A DNA stretch of 63,245 nucleotides, counting the filler, from Licmophora abbreviata (lineage: Eukaryota): the NCBI GenBank assembly GCA_900291995.1. It is 11 parts of 11 records of this genome, joined end to end, with 100 filler letters (N's around TTAATTAATTAA, not from the genome) between each part and the next. Parts side by side here need not be neighbours in the genome. Positions count along the whole stretch, not along the records: positions 1 to 22,385 come from OLMU01004912.1; positions 22,486 to 29,816 come from OLMU01004913.1; positions 29,917 to 35,110 come from OLMU01004915.1; 8 more parts are not named here. One strand, written 5' to 3'. This document shows, one piece after another, positions 21,183 through 34,897 of the stretch. The position numbers and the translations under genes are program-made. The stretch's first letter is position 1. Each line of letters begins with the position of its first letter. Below the pieces are notes generated by a model. The model was not told the origin of the DNA. It saw nothing but the letters and a program-made list of their open reading frames with translations, and ran no database searches.

Positions 21183-22639
21183 CTACCACACTTTCCACCA
21201 CGGCTTGATCGCCGGAAACGGCACTCCCAGTTCCAACAGCTTGGCAAAGACATTGCTAAAGTCCTTGAAGAAGGCGTCCTCGTCCTTGGCGTAGAGCTCA
21301 ACGTACTTTTTGAATTCGGGATCCAGAATCAAGGCAATGTCGGAAGGTAGCATCATGAGCTTTCCAGAAGCGTCTTCAAACTGATCCGGACCGGCTGATT
21401 GAGTCATGTATTATTTGCATTCACAGGAAGGCAGAAGCAAGCGAGAACAAGGGGTGTGGTGAGTGTTTGTACAGACAGACACTGTCGATACAACAATGTA
21501 CTATCATGCTGGTACTCACTCCATGGCTTGCCGTTGTGTGTCGTCTTGGGACTCCAGCGCTCTTCGACCAGCAATCGAAAGTACTCGTTTGAAAAGGTAT
21601 TCTCTGCAAACTGTAGTGAGAAAGATAATCATGGAACGTGAGGCGAAAGACACACTTACAGAAACGACAAAAGACGAACCATTCCATGTTCAATGTGGTG
21701 CGTCGTACCGTCCAGGGACCCCAATATCCACTCCTGTCCGTATGACAGCGCCCCATAGCATGCGCACCTAGCAATGCCACAATTTCCCGATCCGTAAATC
21801 CCATCCTCCCAAAGACATCCCGCACATGCTGCACCGTAGTGACACGACTCCCCTTATCGGCATCGGGAAGTCTCCCATCCGGCGGAGACGTAGTCCCATC
21901 CTCAAAATCCAAACGCCCCAGACGAAAGGGAATCGTCGGTCCACCGGCCTCTTCGACCGCCACGACACCTGCGTACGTGTAGAGATCGGCATAGGAGATT
22001 TCGGGATGCTTGGCCTTGACGGGTTCCAATGCATCTCTCGCGACGCCGAGACCCGCATTGGCGCCCCAGCTCTTTTCAGGGGAAAAGCGCATGCGGGCAC
22101 CCTGGGAACCGCCCGTGTGGTCCTTTTTGGAAAAGGTCCCGGAACAGTGCCACGAGAGACGGATGAAGGTGCCGTAGAGGCTCGTACCGTCGCCGCGCTT
22201 TTCCATGTCCGTGTCGATGACGTTGAGAATGTCGGAACGAATCTTGGAGAGATCTACTGCTGGCGGTGTAGGGGGTTCCTTGGCAAGCACAATGGTGGGA
22301 GAGGCAGTAGTGTATAGAACGACTGCGGCCGGAGCGGCGAGTCTCTGAGAAAAGCAGGGACAGAGCAGTGGCAGAAGAGGTATGTNNNNNNNNNNNNNNN
22401 NNNNNNNNNNNNNNNNNNNNNNNNNNNNNTTAATTAATTAANNNNNNNNNNNNNNNNNNNNNNNNNNNNNNNNNNNNNNNNNNNNAGAGCAGTGGCAGAA
22501 GAGGTATGTAGAGTGGTAAGAAAAGACGCATCGTCAGCAAGCGGTACAATGTATAGAAGCTAGATCTCATTTTTTCAGTTTTCCTTTCTCTTCTTCGTAC
22601 AAAACTTACCGTGGCAGTGAGGCGAGCAGCGTGAAACAT
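21183..22639 (-). CDS. CCP1: Cytochrome c peroxidase (class I heme peroxidase), probably mitochondrial; introns 22345..22609 (spans a gap), 21611..21708, 21395..21519
   Basis: [56 protein letters not shown] and [10 protein letters not shown]. All three introns are GT-AG and in phase. Leader [17 protein letters not shown]. Confidence 0.9.
22386..22485. other. Artificial 100-nt scaffold spacer; identical spacers at 29817-29916, 35111-35210, 40945-41044, 53048-53147, 55470-55569, 56859-56958, 58021-58120, 59650-59749, 61223-61322
   Basis: N-run + TTAATTAATTAA (stops in all six frames) + N-run, always 100 nt. Confidence 0.99.
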
Positions 22640-23084
22640 TCTGGCAAGGTGTGAAGAGCAAGGCAGGGCCAAAAGGGGGGGGGCGAACAGAAGTCTACGA
22701 GTAGTACGGCAGCAATTCTGGAAGCATCACTGTCACATTAGATTTCGCGAAGATCGAAAGATTTTTCATGACAACTTCTGCGCGCGCTCCCATAATATAC
22801 CAGTACATTGAAAGGAGAGCTCGCATCTCTGGAACTTAAATGATATTATCCTTCCGGTACGAATATATGTTCATGCAGCATAGAACCGTTCATTATATTG
22901 TTATTAGAATACGGATACAAATAAAAGCCAGCAATGCCGCTCGCCGAATTCGTCGAAGAACGCTCTCATCAAACTCTCGCTCCCAAAATCAAAAGACCAA
23001 AACATTGGCATTGGCCTTATCCTCCTGCTGCAGTGTCTCTGTCAAAGTTCACCTTCGTATTTTCCCGCCACTCTTTCTCCCACC

Positions 23085-25615
23085 ATGGGCGCCTCTGCCT
23101 CTCGCGAGAAGTTCAAGGAATCCGTCACGGCGCTGGTAGAATCGGACGTGTCGAGCGACGACGCCGAGTTCTGGGACGAACTCTGGAAAATCCCCTCCAG
23201 TGCCGAAGAAGTCTTTGAACTGCTCTCCAGTACGTCCGCCAGGAAACTCAGGGACGAACGATTTGAGAATCTAGCGACGCTCTTTACACAGGCCACGGCG
23301 CAGCTCTGTCAGATTGTCGAAACGCCCTACAATATCTACTTTGATCAGGCGCTAAACTGTGTCCGAGTGCTTACGAGGGTTCTCCCATTTTTGCTGGAAA
23401 AAGGTACGTGGGTTTCGACTTCGACACACTCTGAGAGAAAATCGACGAGCACATACTGTGATATCAGGACACTGCTACACATACTCTCGCACTCTAGTTT
23501 ATTCACCGCCTATCATCCCGCCTTTCCTTGTTCCTGTTCGCAGGCGACCTGGGCGACTCGGATGAAAACGTCGAACACCTCTGTTGGGGTACAGGCGCGT
23601 CGCCCATTCCGGGAGACGAAAAGATTGGCCTCGTCGTGGGTCAAACGAACACGCGCGACTCGCACCCTCCGTCGGCGGAAGACGAACAGGAACCCCTCGC
23701 GCTCCTCGTCGTCCACGCCGCCATGCACATGCTCTTCTTGCCGCAATTTACCTGTGACTTTTACGAAGACAACGATCGACATGATACCGATCAGCCGCAG
23801 ACGGCTCCCTCCATGAAGAAGAAAAAGATGGATAAGGAAATGAGAACTGATGCTGGATTGGAAACTGTCAAACGGGTCGAGTCAGGAGTCGTCCTTGCGC
23901 CACGACCGGCTTCCATCGTTTGGGAGGCAGGCGCGGGTGTCACGTCGAAGCAGCTCGGTGTCGATGGGAGCACGCGCAAATACGATAAGAACCGCATTGA
24001 AGTCTTACGCTTGCTGATCGCCTCCTGTTGCGATCCACTCTTCAGTCCGGCCGATGAGTACAATCCTCTTGCGAGTCGCTGGTTGGCTGTAGCGGTCGCC
24101 GCCGATGCTCCCAATAGCGTCTGTCTCTTTTACTCGCTCCTCAATACAATTCTCAGCTATGATCCCAATGGAGGAGTGCCGTATACGTCAGCCTTTGCAA
24201 GTGACAACCATGTCAAGCTCGTCGAACTCAGTGCTCAGACCTTGTGTGTGCTGCTGGACTGCGGATTGCCTGGATCGCCGGAGCGTGTGCAGAATGCTCG
24301 TCGGGAAGCGATTGTAGAGTTTGAAGAAGCCAGCAAGGGAGGATACAACATGATTCGAACGCTCCTGGCTCGCATTGATAATTCGGAGGAACTAGACTTT
24401 GTCTTTCGGGGCTTTTCCCGTCTCTTGCAGAATGTCTATCAATCCAAAAACACATACTTGCCCGGATCCACCGTCAAACTTGAGTGCTTTCAAGAGTTAT
24501 TGGTCTTGCTATGGAAGTTCTTGGAGGAAAACCCCTTGTTTATGAATCATATCCTCACGAACTGTGACATCAACGAGCTCATTGTGCCCATTTGCTTTCT
24601 CATGTACCAATCGCGTCGCGATCCAGCGCAGATTGGACTGGTGCACATTTGCACGTTTGTGCTGCTCAAGCTCAGCGGGGAAAGATCGTTTGGCGTGGCG
24701 CTGAACAAGCCCTTCAAGGACCGATTGCCGTGTGATTTGCCCTTGTTTCGCGGCGGACATGCAGATCTCGTCACCATTACGTTGCACAAGTTGGTGGTGA
24801 ACGGCGCGTACAAGCTCGTCCCGTTGTACTCATGCTTTCTCACCATCGTTTGCAACATCTCTCCGTATTGGCGCAAGATGAGTTTGGTGGCAGCAGTCAA
24901 GTTGGTGAATCTATTTGAACTTTTCTCCTCCTCGAAATTTATGTATTCGGGAGAGCACGCGTATCGTCATTTGGCGCTCTTGTTGGAAATCTTCAACAAT
25001 ATTATCCAGTATCAGTATGCAGGAAACCAGCACTTGGTTTATGCCATCATTCGCCGCAAGGACTCCTTTGGACGGCTTGCATCCTTGACATTGAAGAAGG
25101 CGCAAGATCAATGTTACAAGGTCTACGGTGACCACACGAGTGTCAAGTATGATCCGGACCAAGCGGCACGTGTCCCCATGTCCACGTCGGAGGGCGGTCG
25201 CATGAACAAGCTCAACAGGGACGACATGTCGGAACAATCTAGCACGACTGGTGCCGCCTTTACACCAACCGAGGAGTGGCTGACTGAGCTCAAGGCTTCA
25301 CTGCCGCTCGAGACGGTCACTCGTCTGCTACAGCACTTGGTGCCGGTCGTTGATGAGATTGTCTCCAAGAAGCAGGGTACCGTCGACGAAGAAGAAATCC
25401 TTAAAGTTCTTGAAGACACCACCATGGTGGGACTCCTTCCGGTCCCTCACGCCATTGTCATTCGAAAGTACCAACCGAACCAGTATACTGCGCTGTGGTT
25501 TACGGCCTTCATGTGGGGAGTCATCTTTTTGCGGAATCAGAGTCTGCCCATGTTTGACGGACACGCGATTGAATTGTTCCAAGTATCGGTGAACGAAGAG
25601 GAGGAGGACGAGTAA
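23085..25615 (+). CDS. HID1: HID1 (dymeclin/HID1 family) Golgi-associated protein; intron 23404..23543
   Basis: Myristoylation-type start MGAS, DDAEFWDELW, NLATL, ALNCVRVLTRVLPFLLE, FVLLKLSGERSFG, VGLLPVPHAIVIRKYQPN..WF..FMWGVIFLRN. Confidence 0.92.
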
Positions 25616-26094
25616 AGCGATAAAATACATTCGAACAAATGAGACAGGGTTCGATATAGTGCCATGTATCTGTAATAGGACTTCGGGATGAATGGATTAC
25701 AGGATAGTAAGCGAAATTCTAAAGTCGTTTGAGTTGGACAGCTACGTAGGAGTGCAAGTGATCGCATGTCTATCTCCGGTGTCTCTTTTGCCTGGGCAGA
25801 TCGATCGATGACTGCATGTAGAAAGCCACGACCGCAACAACTCCTTCGGAGTCCACCCTGGCGAGAAGGGGAGGTGCGCCATTCTTGCAAGACTTGTTTC
25901 GTTGTTCAGAAGTCCCATCGAGGTACACATGGCCAAGGCGAAGCGAGTGGGCGCATGGGGGTCCACGCCACCGTGGACGTGCACCTCTCCTTGGTGGGAG
26001 AAGCTAGAGAACCGTTTCGACTCAATCAATCCGTTGCTCTCTCCCTCTATCAAGTGCACAAACTATCTCATAAGCTTGATTTGATAAGCAAACG

Positions 26095-29009
26095 ATGAAA
26101 TTTCTGCAGTTGCCTTTCGTGTCACTTGGCGTCGCCGGTGGACTCCTACCCGCCTTCTCTGCTGCCCAAGGCGTGCGTAACAACGATGTAAACTGCGCTG
26201 GAGTCAAGTCTTGTCGCCCTCGGTGTCTCACCTTTCGAGTGGAACGTTCCTTGGAAGACTGCGACTCAAGTAGGGGCATCTTTACGGTTACTTCTCGACC
26301 GAATCCTTGGAATCTGAAAGACTTCGGCATTGCCATGTGCGAGAATGAACTGCCAGGAAATCTTACCATTCGCATCGGAGAAGAAGGCCACACTGGACCG
26401 ATATTCAGAACTAATGTGTACCTCTCGGAGAATGAAGACGAGTTCACCTTCTGCTCCATCTATCCTTGTACAAAAGGTGAATGTGCGTTGCCAGAGCAAA
26501 TGGTAAGATAAAGCAATTTGAATGAGCAGACGAGAGTGCATGGAAATTTTCTCTCACCGCGCATCATCTTCCGCAGGGATCTATCCTACAGTTCGATTTT
26601 CTTGGAGGCTTCGTTGACATGCAGGACTCCTCGGAGGTGGCACTTGTCTCAATTGTAAGTATGGTTGCAAATGAGAATCTGGCTCTTCGTCGGTCATTGC
26701 AAGTGCCTCTGACAATTATGATTCTATCTCATTTTCCGTTGTTAGAACATGTCGCTGACACCAGCGTTTGCGGGTCTTCCGTTACAAGACAATATCGAGA
26801 ACCGTTTTGGAGCGCTGCATGTAAACTGGATGGACGACCCGACCGGCTGTCGAGAAGGCGAGTTTCCAACATACGCCCCCGTCATGCCCCAGCAGGATCT
26901 TGCAGTGAGTCCCAACACGACGGTGATTCCGCAGACTCTATACTGCACGGGTCCATCCTACGAACCGAGTCCGTTGCCACAGACTGCGCCGCCTACATCG
27001 ATGCCGACAGCTGTACCCACAGCCAGCCCAGTTCCGACTGTCAAACCAACTTATTCGACGATAGAGTTAAGTCAGGTCAATGCTCTTGAATGGCTGTACA
27101 ACGCGACGGAAATGTGGTCTGACAAGTCTCTGGAGCTGCACAACTGGTTCGTCGATCCAGACTACTGCAACTATACCGGCGTCGGGTGCAACTCAAGAGG
27201 ATGGGTGACATCAATTGATCTCTCTAGTCGTCGGCTGAGTGGCTCCATTCCCAGTAGTATCGACGGTCTCAGTCGTCTCCGCTCTCTCAAGCTTGTTAAC
27301 AATGAGATTGGAGGGTCCATTCCGTCGCAGCTAGCCGAGCTGACACAGCTCTCGCTGATCGAGCTATCTTCGAACTCCATCACTGGACAAGTCCCCACCG
27401 AGTTTTCTCTCCTTGACGAACTCCGCAGAGTGATGCTTCAATACAACAAGCTAAGCGGCGTGATTCCAGAGAAGCTCTGCGACATTCAGCATCTGATCGC
27501 GTTTGATATTTCTGGGAATACTGATATGTACGGGACTATCCCGTCGTGCTTTGGCAATCTGCCATTGGAGATCTTGCGTGTAGATGATGTTGGACTCGTG
27601 GGAGAAGTCCCGTCTGGCTTGTGTGACGTCCGCCCCATCAATAATCTCTACCCGAATCTCTACGGATGCCGAGCCATTGCATGTCCTGCGGGAACCTATG
27701 AGATGACCATCGGCAGGGAAAACGGTCTCAACGAAGGCTGCATAGAGTGTCCTACTGAGTCAAATGTGATTGGATCGACGAGCTGCATCGTAGTCTACAA
27801 CAACACGATCGCAACGCTCTCACCAACCGCCTCAACGAAGCCATCGTCAAGCCCGACTGCATCAAACAGTCCGAGTACTTCGTCAGCCTCGGCGTGGCCA
27901 AGTTCTTCGCCGTCCGAGCCCGGGTCGGCAGCTCCGACACAAACGGAGGGCACTTCCTCGCCGAGTCAGCAGCCTTCGATGCATCCATCTGTTGATCGTA
28001 GCTCTGCTCCTTCCGCATCGGATCAAACCACGGAGCAGTTGTCGATGTCTCCTTCTGGGGCTCCTTCGATTGGTGTTCTGATCGATTCTCCTACGACTGG
28101 CCCATCATTCGTTCGTTTAGAGGTTATGTTTTCGCATGTCTCGCGTGCCATGAACAACACTGCAGACATTGAGCTGTTTGAGAATGTTACTAAAACGTTT
28201 CTCGCTGAGGTTCTGGAGGACGATTGGGTGGTAGAAGGAGTGGACGTCAACTCCCAGTCGCTTCGTGTTCCGTCGGTCGGCACGGAGGTTGTGACCGTGC
28301 TTGATAGACGCCGCTTGGAAGGTGACAAGGAAGAAGCGTTGTTTGTCCGAATGAAGATTGACGCGGAGCGCAGAGAGAATGGTGCTGGGACATCCTCCCT
28401 AGAGGACACAGTCACCTCTGCCCTCGAGCAAGACGCGTACGTATCAGTCTTGGAAGACGAATTGGAAATCTTTGGACAGAACCCGAAATTGCCCGAACCA
28501 GGTGAGGTGGTGCAACCAGTTCAGCCTGATACTGAGAACGGTCGACGTGTCAACTGGGCATTGTTGGGCGCGTCCGTCACCTTGTCCGTACTGGCGATAG
28601 GAACGGTCCTATTGGTTCGCCGCATGCGCCAGCGTGATCGCCGCCGCAAGGAGCAAGATCACTATATCGGCGGGGGAGGTTCTGGTGAAATGTCTCCTGT
28701 TTCATATCAGGTATGTTGCTTGTGATGTCGTAGGTCCTGGCTGTGCCATAGACCGTGGGACGCAACTTTCTCACATGGACCGTCGTCTTCCACTGTATTC
28801 CACACTTTTTCTTTTTGCAGCCTGAAGTTCAGAGTGCCATGGAACCCCCATCGTATCACCATGAGCCCGAATATGCCATGTCGGAAGAGAGCAGCGGCGG
28901 CTGGAATTCGGAAGACTCGGACGATTTTGTAAACCAAGAACCAAGTGTCGCCGTGTGGTCGACTGAGCTTAGCCTGGTCTCGAAGGCCCCCGATGAAACA
29001 CTCGTGTAG
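26095..29009 (+). CDS. LRR receptor-like type I membrane protein with no kinase domain; introns 26503..26576, 26655..26745, 28711..28820
   Basis: Signal peptide, Cys-rich N-domain, LRR cap (HNWF..YCNYTGVGC), plant-type LxxNxxxGxIP repeats, PSxxPS mucin-like stalk, TM (WALLGASVTLSVLAIGTVLLV-RRMR) and an acidic tail. All introns in phase. Confidence 0.8.
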
Positions 29010-29981
29010 AATCCGAATGTATCGCTGCGTGGACTGAATGAGCCAAGCCTCGTCTCCAAGCGCCCCCGATGAAGCACTGGCGTAACTGTTTAGGTGCAAG
29101 AAATGGGTCCATGTATGAAACCCGGACAAACAAGTAGTAGTAGAGAAGGAAATGAGTCTGCTCTGTAAGCATGCATAGGCTCGTCCAGAAACAGTAAGCG
29201 TGTTGGTAGAAAGGAGCGTGAAGAATGATCCACACGCTTGAGTCGTTCGGCGACTGAGAGAGAATAGCGCAGACCTCCTAGTAGGTAGCAGGCTTTGCAC
29301 TTCACACCATTCAACTAGGGCAGGCATGGTGGCTGAATCCAGCTGAGTCGAAACACGGTCAATCACGAGAGGTCGCCCCTTCATGATGGAGCTGTACAAA
29401 TATAAGTCGACCAAACAAATCATCGCTCTCGTTCTCTCGTCGTGACTTGAATCTTGATGTTGCAGGGAGCATCAGTGGACCGGTATCCATATCCGCCATT
29501 TCGGCGCTCTGTTGAAGTGTGAAGTTTGGCGCGCGCGGCGGCGGGAAGTACCGGTACCAGTTGAAAATGGTCACAAGACGCCACATCGACACGCGGTGGG
29601 TTGGGAATGAAATGTGAGCTCTAAAATGCAACGAAGGCAAGACAAAGTTCTCCAATGAACGTGAGAGAACATGAAAGTCGTAAGGGAACTAGGGTGATCT
29701 TAAACGTCAATTTACTTACTGTGCAAAGCAGCACGGAAAATACATGGCATAAAGACAATCTACTCGTACGTGAAGGCCTACGTCATGTCGGGCGACTTGA
29801 TTCTATAGAAGAACAGNNNNNNNNNNNNNNNNNNNNNNNNNNNNNNNNNNNNNNNNNNNNTTAATTAATTAANNNNNNNNNNNNNNNNNNNNNNNNNNNN
29901 NNNNNNNNNNNNNNNNTTTCTCACAATATTCTGAAGGTTGCTTGTTGACCTTGTTACAGTTGTTATTGCAGAAGAAACACC

Positions 29982-32900
29982 ATGTGCAAGCCTGATCAAG
30001 CTCGCGATATCGAAAAGGGTGGGACGTCCGAGTCCACCGTTACGGACATCTGGCATGTGCTAGACACCAACTCTACTTTGGAACGTCTTGGGACTTCCAA
30101 GAGCGGTCTCTCGTCCTCCGAAGCCGCCTCTCGTCTCGAACAGTATGGGCCCAACATGCTCACCGAGAAACGCAAGAAGACGCTCTTCGAGCGCATCTGG
30201 GCACAGATCAACAACGTGCTCGTTGGTATCCTTGCCGTCGTCGCCGTTGTCAGTGCCGCCAAGGCCTTCACTGCCGACACAACCGAGGACATGATCACCA
30301 ACTGGCTTGAGGTTGCTCTGATCATCTTCGTGATTACCCTGAACGCCTGGATTGGTATCATGCAGGAAGGAAGTGCCGAGAAGGCAGCCAACGCCCTCAA
30401 GAGCATGCTCTCTAGTGATGCCGAAGTTGTTCGCGATGGACAGAACACGCAGGTTCCGGCAACCGATCTTGTTCCTGGAGATATTGTCGTCGTCAAGACG
30501 GGCGACCGTGTCCCTGCCGACATTCGTATGCTCGAGGTGTCCAACTTGGCTTGTCAGGAGGCTGCTCTCACTGGAGAGTCGCTTCCTGTCGAGAAGATCA
30601 TCGTCGAAATCGACGCCGCCGACCCGGAAGAAGTCCCTTTGGGAGACCGCAAGAACATGTGCTTCTCGGCCACGCTCGTTTCTCAGGGACGTGGCCTTGG
30701 TGTTGTCGTGAGTACTGGAGACATCACCCAGATTGGAACCATCAACTCTCTCGTCAATAATGTGGAAGAGAAGAAGACCGCCGTCCTCGAACAGATCGAT
30801 AATGTCTCAAAGGTTATCGCCTGCTTCGTCGTCCTGAGTAAGCAGCGATATGCCGTCAATCTATCAGTGTCTTTGTCCTTCTAATTGCTCACAATAACCT
30901 GCTCTTCTTATACGATACCACAGTCGCTGGTGTCACGTTCTGTGTGGCTTACTTCCAAACGGGTTTGGAGCCGCTTGATGCCGTTGCCATTGCGCTCGTC
31001 TGGTAAGCCAATTCGCTCGCAACCAAGTTTGCTTGTGTACAACCGAGTCTCAATCTTTGACTTGTTCTTTTTCTCTCATCCCACAGTGCCGTTGCCATGA
31101 TCCCCGAAGGCCTCGCTTCGATCGTTTCCTTGACCTACGCATACGCCGTCAGCAACATGGCCAAGCTGAATGCCATCGTGCGCATGCTCCCTGCCGTCGA
31201 GACTCTTGGAAGTGTCACCGTCATCTGCTCCGACAAGACGGGTACTTTGACCAAGAATGAAATGACTTTGACTGCCTTCATTACCTCCACAGGCCGCTAC
31301 CAATTCGACACCGACAGCAGCGAGCGCAAGAGTTCTAACTTCGTCCGCGATGACTCGTTCATGGCCTTCCGAAGTGGACAGACTGGTGAGGTTGCACCCA
31401 GCAATGGTTCGGTCCCCGTCAAGAATGGAGAGTCCCCTACTACCGACTACTTCCGTAGCGCCATGGCTGGCGGAGTCTTGTGCTCCAACAGTGTGCTTGG
31501 TACCAACGGAGGACGCGAAGGAGAGATTGGAAACCCGACTGAGCTTGCTATCGTCCGTGCTGCCTACTTTTCGGGCGTTGACATTGACCAGATGCGCAAC
31601 AGTGCCCCCCAGATTGCCGAGGTTCCCTTCAACAGCGAGTACAAGTTCATGGCGACCGTTCACGAGCCCATCGAGGCTGTTGACGGCCCCGGCCTTGATA
31701 ACAAGTACGTCGTGCATGTCAAGGGAGCTCCGGATCGTATGGTTGCTCTCTGCTCGCATCAGGCCAACGGAGGTATGTTGGGTGACAGCAACGCCGAGCC
31801 CATCGAGAGTGACTTCTGGCAGGAGCAGATCTCGGTCCTCAGTTCGTACGGTCTTCGTGTCCTTGCCTTGTGCCGCGGGACTGTCCCCAAGGACTCCATC
31901 AAGGAAGGCGAGCAGCTGAAGGCTGACTTTGTGAACGGACGAGAACCCTGGTTGACTATGGTTGGTCTCTGTGCCATCATGGACCCCCCTCGTCCCGAGT
32001 GTGTCGACGCCATTAAGACTGCCCACCTCGCCGGCATCCGCGTTGCCATGATCACCGGCGACCACAAGGAAACTGCCCTTGCTATTGGAGAAATGTTGGG
32101 ACTCGTCGACGAACGTTTCAACGAGGCGCTCACCGGCCCCGAGCTTGACCACATGGACGACGCAGAGCTCCGTCATGCCGTCATGAACTACAACGTGTTC
32201 GCTCGCGCGTCACCCCAGAACAAGATTCAGATTGTCGAGGCCCTGCAGGCCGAGAATCAGGTCTGTAGTATGACCGGTGACGGTGTCAACGATGCTCCTG
32301 CTCTCAAGAAGGCCGACATGGGCGTTGCCATGGGCAAGGAAGGTACCGACGTTGCTCGTGAAGCTTCCGAGATGATTCTTGCTGACGACAACTTCGCGAC
32401 GATCGTCGCTGCTGTCCGGGAGGGCCGTGTGGTGTGGGACAACCTCCGCAAGGTCCTCTTGGTCAACACCCCGATCAACAACGCCCAGGGTCTCAGTGTC
32501 CTCTTCGGTATGATCTTTGGAATGACCGAGACTCTCTTGACTCCCATCCAGGTTCTCTACTGCAACTTGATCTGTGCCGTGACTCTTGGATTCGTCCTTG
32601 CCGTTGAGCCTGCTGAGGAAGGAATCATGACTCTTCCTCCACGAAAGCCCGGAAAGCGCCTCATCGGACGCTACTTGCTTCTCCGGATCATCATTGGAAC
32701 CATCACGCTTGTCTCTGGGACCGTCGGTGCCTCGTACTGGGTCCGCGGAATGGGCTACAGTCTTGAAGAGATCCGCGCTCAAGCTTCCAACACGCTTACT
32801 TTCTCAGCCATCTCCGTCTGCTTGAGCGCCCGATTCGCCTACAACTCGTCAATGCACCCCCGTCTGTTGAAGGGCAACAAGTTCTGCTGGTTCTCTATTG

Positions 32901-33139
32901 CTCCGCTCGTTATCATTCAGCTCATGATCACGTACATTCCGGGACTCAACTCGACTCTGTTCGGTATGACTGGCATGGACGGAACACAGTGGGGCATTGT
33001 CGCCATCTTCATGGCTGTCACTTTCATTGTCATGGAGACCGAAAAGGCGGCCCGTCGCTTGCTCAAGTCCCAGGGCAAGGATACGGATGACCGCGAGTAC
33101 AACACTCGATTCGATGCCATCCCCACCAAGGAGGAATGA
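29982..33139 (+). CDS. P-type cation-transporting ATPase (type II, CtpF/ACU-like); introns 30838..30923, 31003..31086
   Basis: [62 protein letters not shown]. Introns in phase. Confidence 0.95.
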
Positions 33140-33555
33140 AACAAGAACTGTTTGCTGCAAGATGCTACTATTGACAGAGACCATTATTTGAAGCGCAAAG
33201 GCAGTCAGTAAAAAGAAATACATGTTATACAATAAGACCTACTAAAACAAATTTGTGAACAAGAGAAGTACCAGTTACCCACAGTAGTCTCTCTCTAGAG
33301 GGGCTTCGATTTCGAAAAAGAAAATAAGCAAGGGTCGCTTACTCTCCAGATGCGCTCGAGTTCACTAGTGGTGACCTACGAGTACATCCGTCGCGCCGTT
33401 CCGAAGAAAGTCTTGTTTCCAAAAAGGGATGCCATCACGAGCTCTTTCTTAAGATTGCTCGAGCAAGATTTCGTGCTGGTTGATGCCGGATCTTTTCTGC
33501 TAGACAGAAAAGCGATCGGGAGCCACACAAAACTGCGTAGGATATCTTTGTGGCC

Positions 33556-34629
33556 ATGATGAAGATCCTTGCCGCTTGTACGTTCGCCTTGACGGCTTCC
33601 CCAGCCTTTGGCTTTGTCGTCCCGTCTACCAAGAGCAGGACTGCCTTTGCGCTGGCTGCAGAAAAGCCCAAGATTGCCGAGAACATTCTGGATTTGATTG
33701 GACATACGCCGTTGCTCAAGCTCACCAAGGTCACGGCAGGATGCGAGGCTGAAATCGTTGCCAAGCTGGAATCCAGTAATCCTGCGAACTCTGTGAAGGA
33801 CCGAATCGCCCTGTCTATGATTACTGAAGCGGAGGAACGCGGTGACATTTCTCCAGGAAAGACGACGCTGGTCGAACCGACGTCTGGAAATACAGGAATC
33901 GGTCTTGCCATGGTGGCAGCTACCAAGGGGTACGAGTTGATCCTGACCATGCCTGAAAGCATGAGCATGGAACGTCGTGTTCTGTTGAAGGCATTCGGTG
34001 CTGATGTTAAGCTCACTCCGGCCGCCAAGGGCATGGGAGGCGCCATTGGCAAGGCCGAAGAGATCGTTGCATCCCTCGGTGACGACGGGTACTTGCTGCA
34101 GCAGTTCAACAACCCCGACAACCCGAAGATCCACCGTGAAACGACCGGACCCGAAATCTGGTCCGATACGGACGGAAAGGTTGATATTTTGGTCGGAGGC
34201 ATCGGCACTGGTGGTACTTTGACGGGATGTGGCCAGTACCTCAAACCCCTCAACCCGGCATTGCAGATTGTTGCGGTCGAGCCTGCCGAGAGCGCCGTCT
34301 TGAGCGGTGGCAAGCCGGGACCCCACAAAATTCAGGGTATCGGTGCAGGATTCATTCCAGGCAACGCCGACACTTCCTTGCTGGACGAAGTCATTCAGGT
34401 TTCGGGCGAAGATGCCATGGCCATGGCTCGAAAGTTGGCTACGGAAGAGGGTCTTTTCTGTGGAATCTCGTCGGGCGCCGCCGTCACGGCCGCCATTGAG
34501 GTGGGCAAGCGCCCTGAGAATAAGGGAAAGCGTATTGTTCTAGTCATTCCGAGCTTTGGTGAGCGATATTTGTCGACTGCACTTTTCCAGAACTTGTGGG
34601 ACGAAGCGACCGCTCTCAAGCCAGAATAA
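33556..34629 (+). CDS. cysK: Cysteine synthase (O-acetylserine thiol-lyase), plastid-targeted
   Basis: [58 protein letters not shown]. Bipartite leader ..PAFG-FVV. Confidence 0.97.
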   Translation: MMKILAACTFALTASPAFGFVVPSTKSRTAFALAAEKPKIAENILDLIGHTPLLKLTKVTAGCEAEIVAKLESSNPANSVKDRIALSMITEAEERGDISPGKTTLVEPTSGNTGIGLAMVAATKGYELILTMPESMSMERRVLLKAFGADVKLTPAAKGMGGAIGKAEEIVASLGDDGYLLQQFNNPDNPKIHRETTGPEIWSDTDGKVDILVGGIGTGGTLTGCGQYLKPLNPALQIVAVEPAESAVLSGGKPGPHKIQGIGAGFIPGNADTSLLDEVIQVSGEDAMAMARKLATEEGLFCGISSGAAVTAAIEVGKRPENKGKRIVLVIPSFGERYLSTALFQNLWDEATALKPE

Positions 34630-34897
34630 GAGAAGACTACGGCACCGTTTGCTTGCTACTTGGGACACTGTATGGATTTTGATGCTACCGGAATGTTCGT
34701 ACGTGCGGCAGGGAAAGAAAGAGTCATCTAAAATTCGTGCACGTACGAAGCTGGCTACTCTCACGATATCATAGTACAGGCAATCCAATTATCGAATGCC
34801 GACTATTAGAGTCTTGGTTGTACTGAAAAGTGTTGCATCCTACTGTATGAGATAGTCTAGTGAAAGTGTGTGCGCGTGTGTCTGCTCGTCAACATCA

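Noticed and set aside
25616..26094. Several ~100-aa ORFs between HID1 and the LRR gene
   Set aside because: Overlapping on both strands with no motifs; probably UTR or promoter.
31076..34328. Long antisense ORFs (366, 316, 297, 190 aa) over the ATPase and cysK
   Set aside because: Shadows of codon-biased sense genes, with no motifs of their own.
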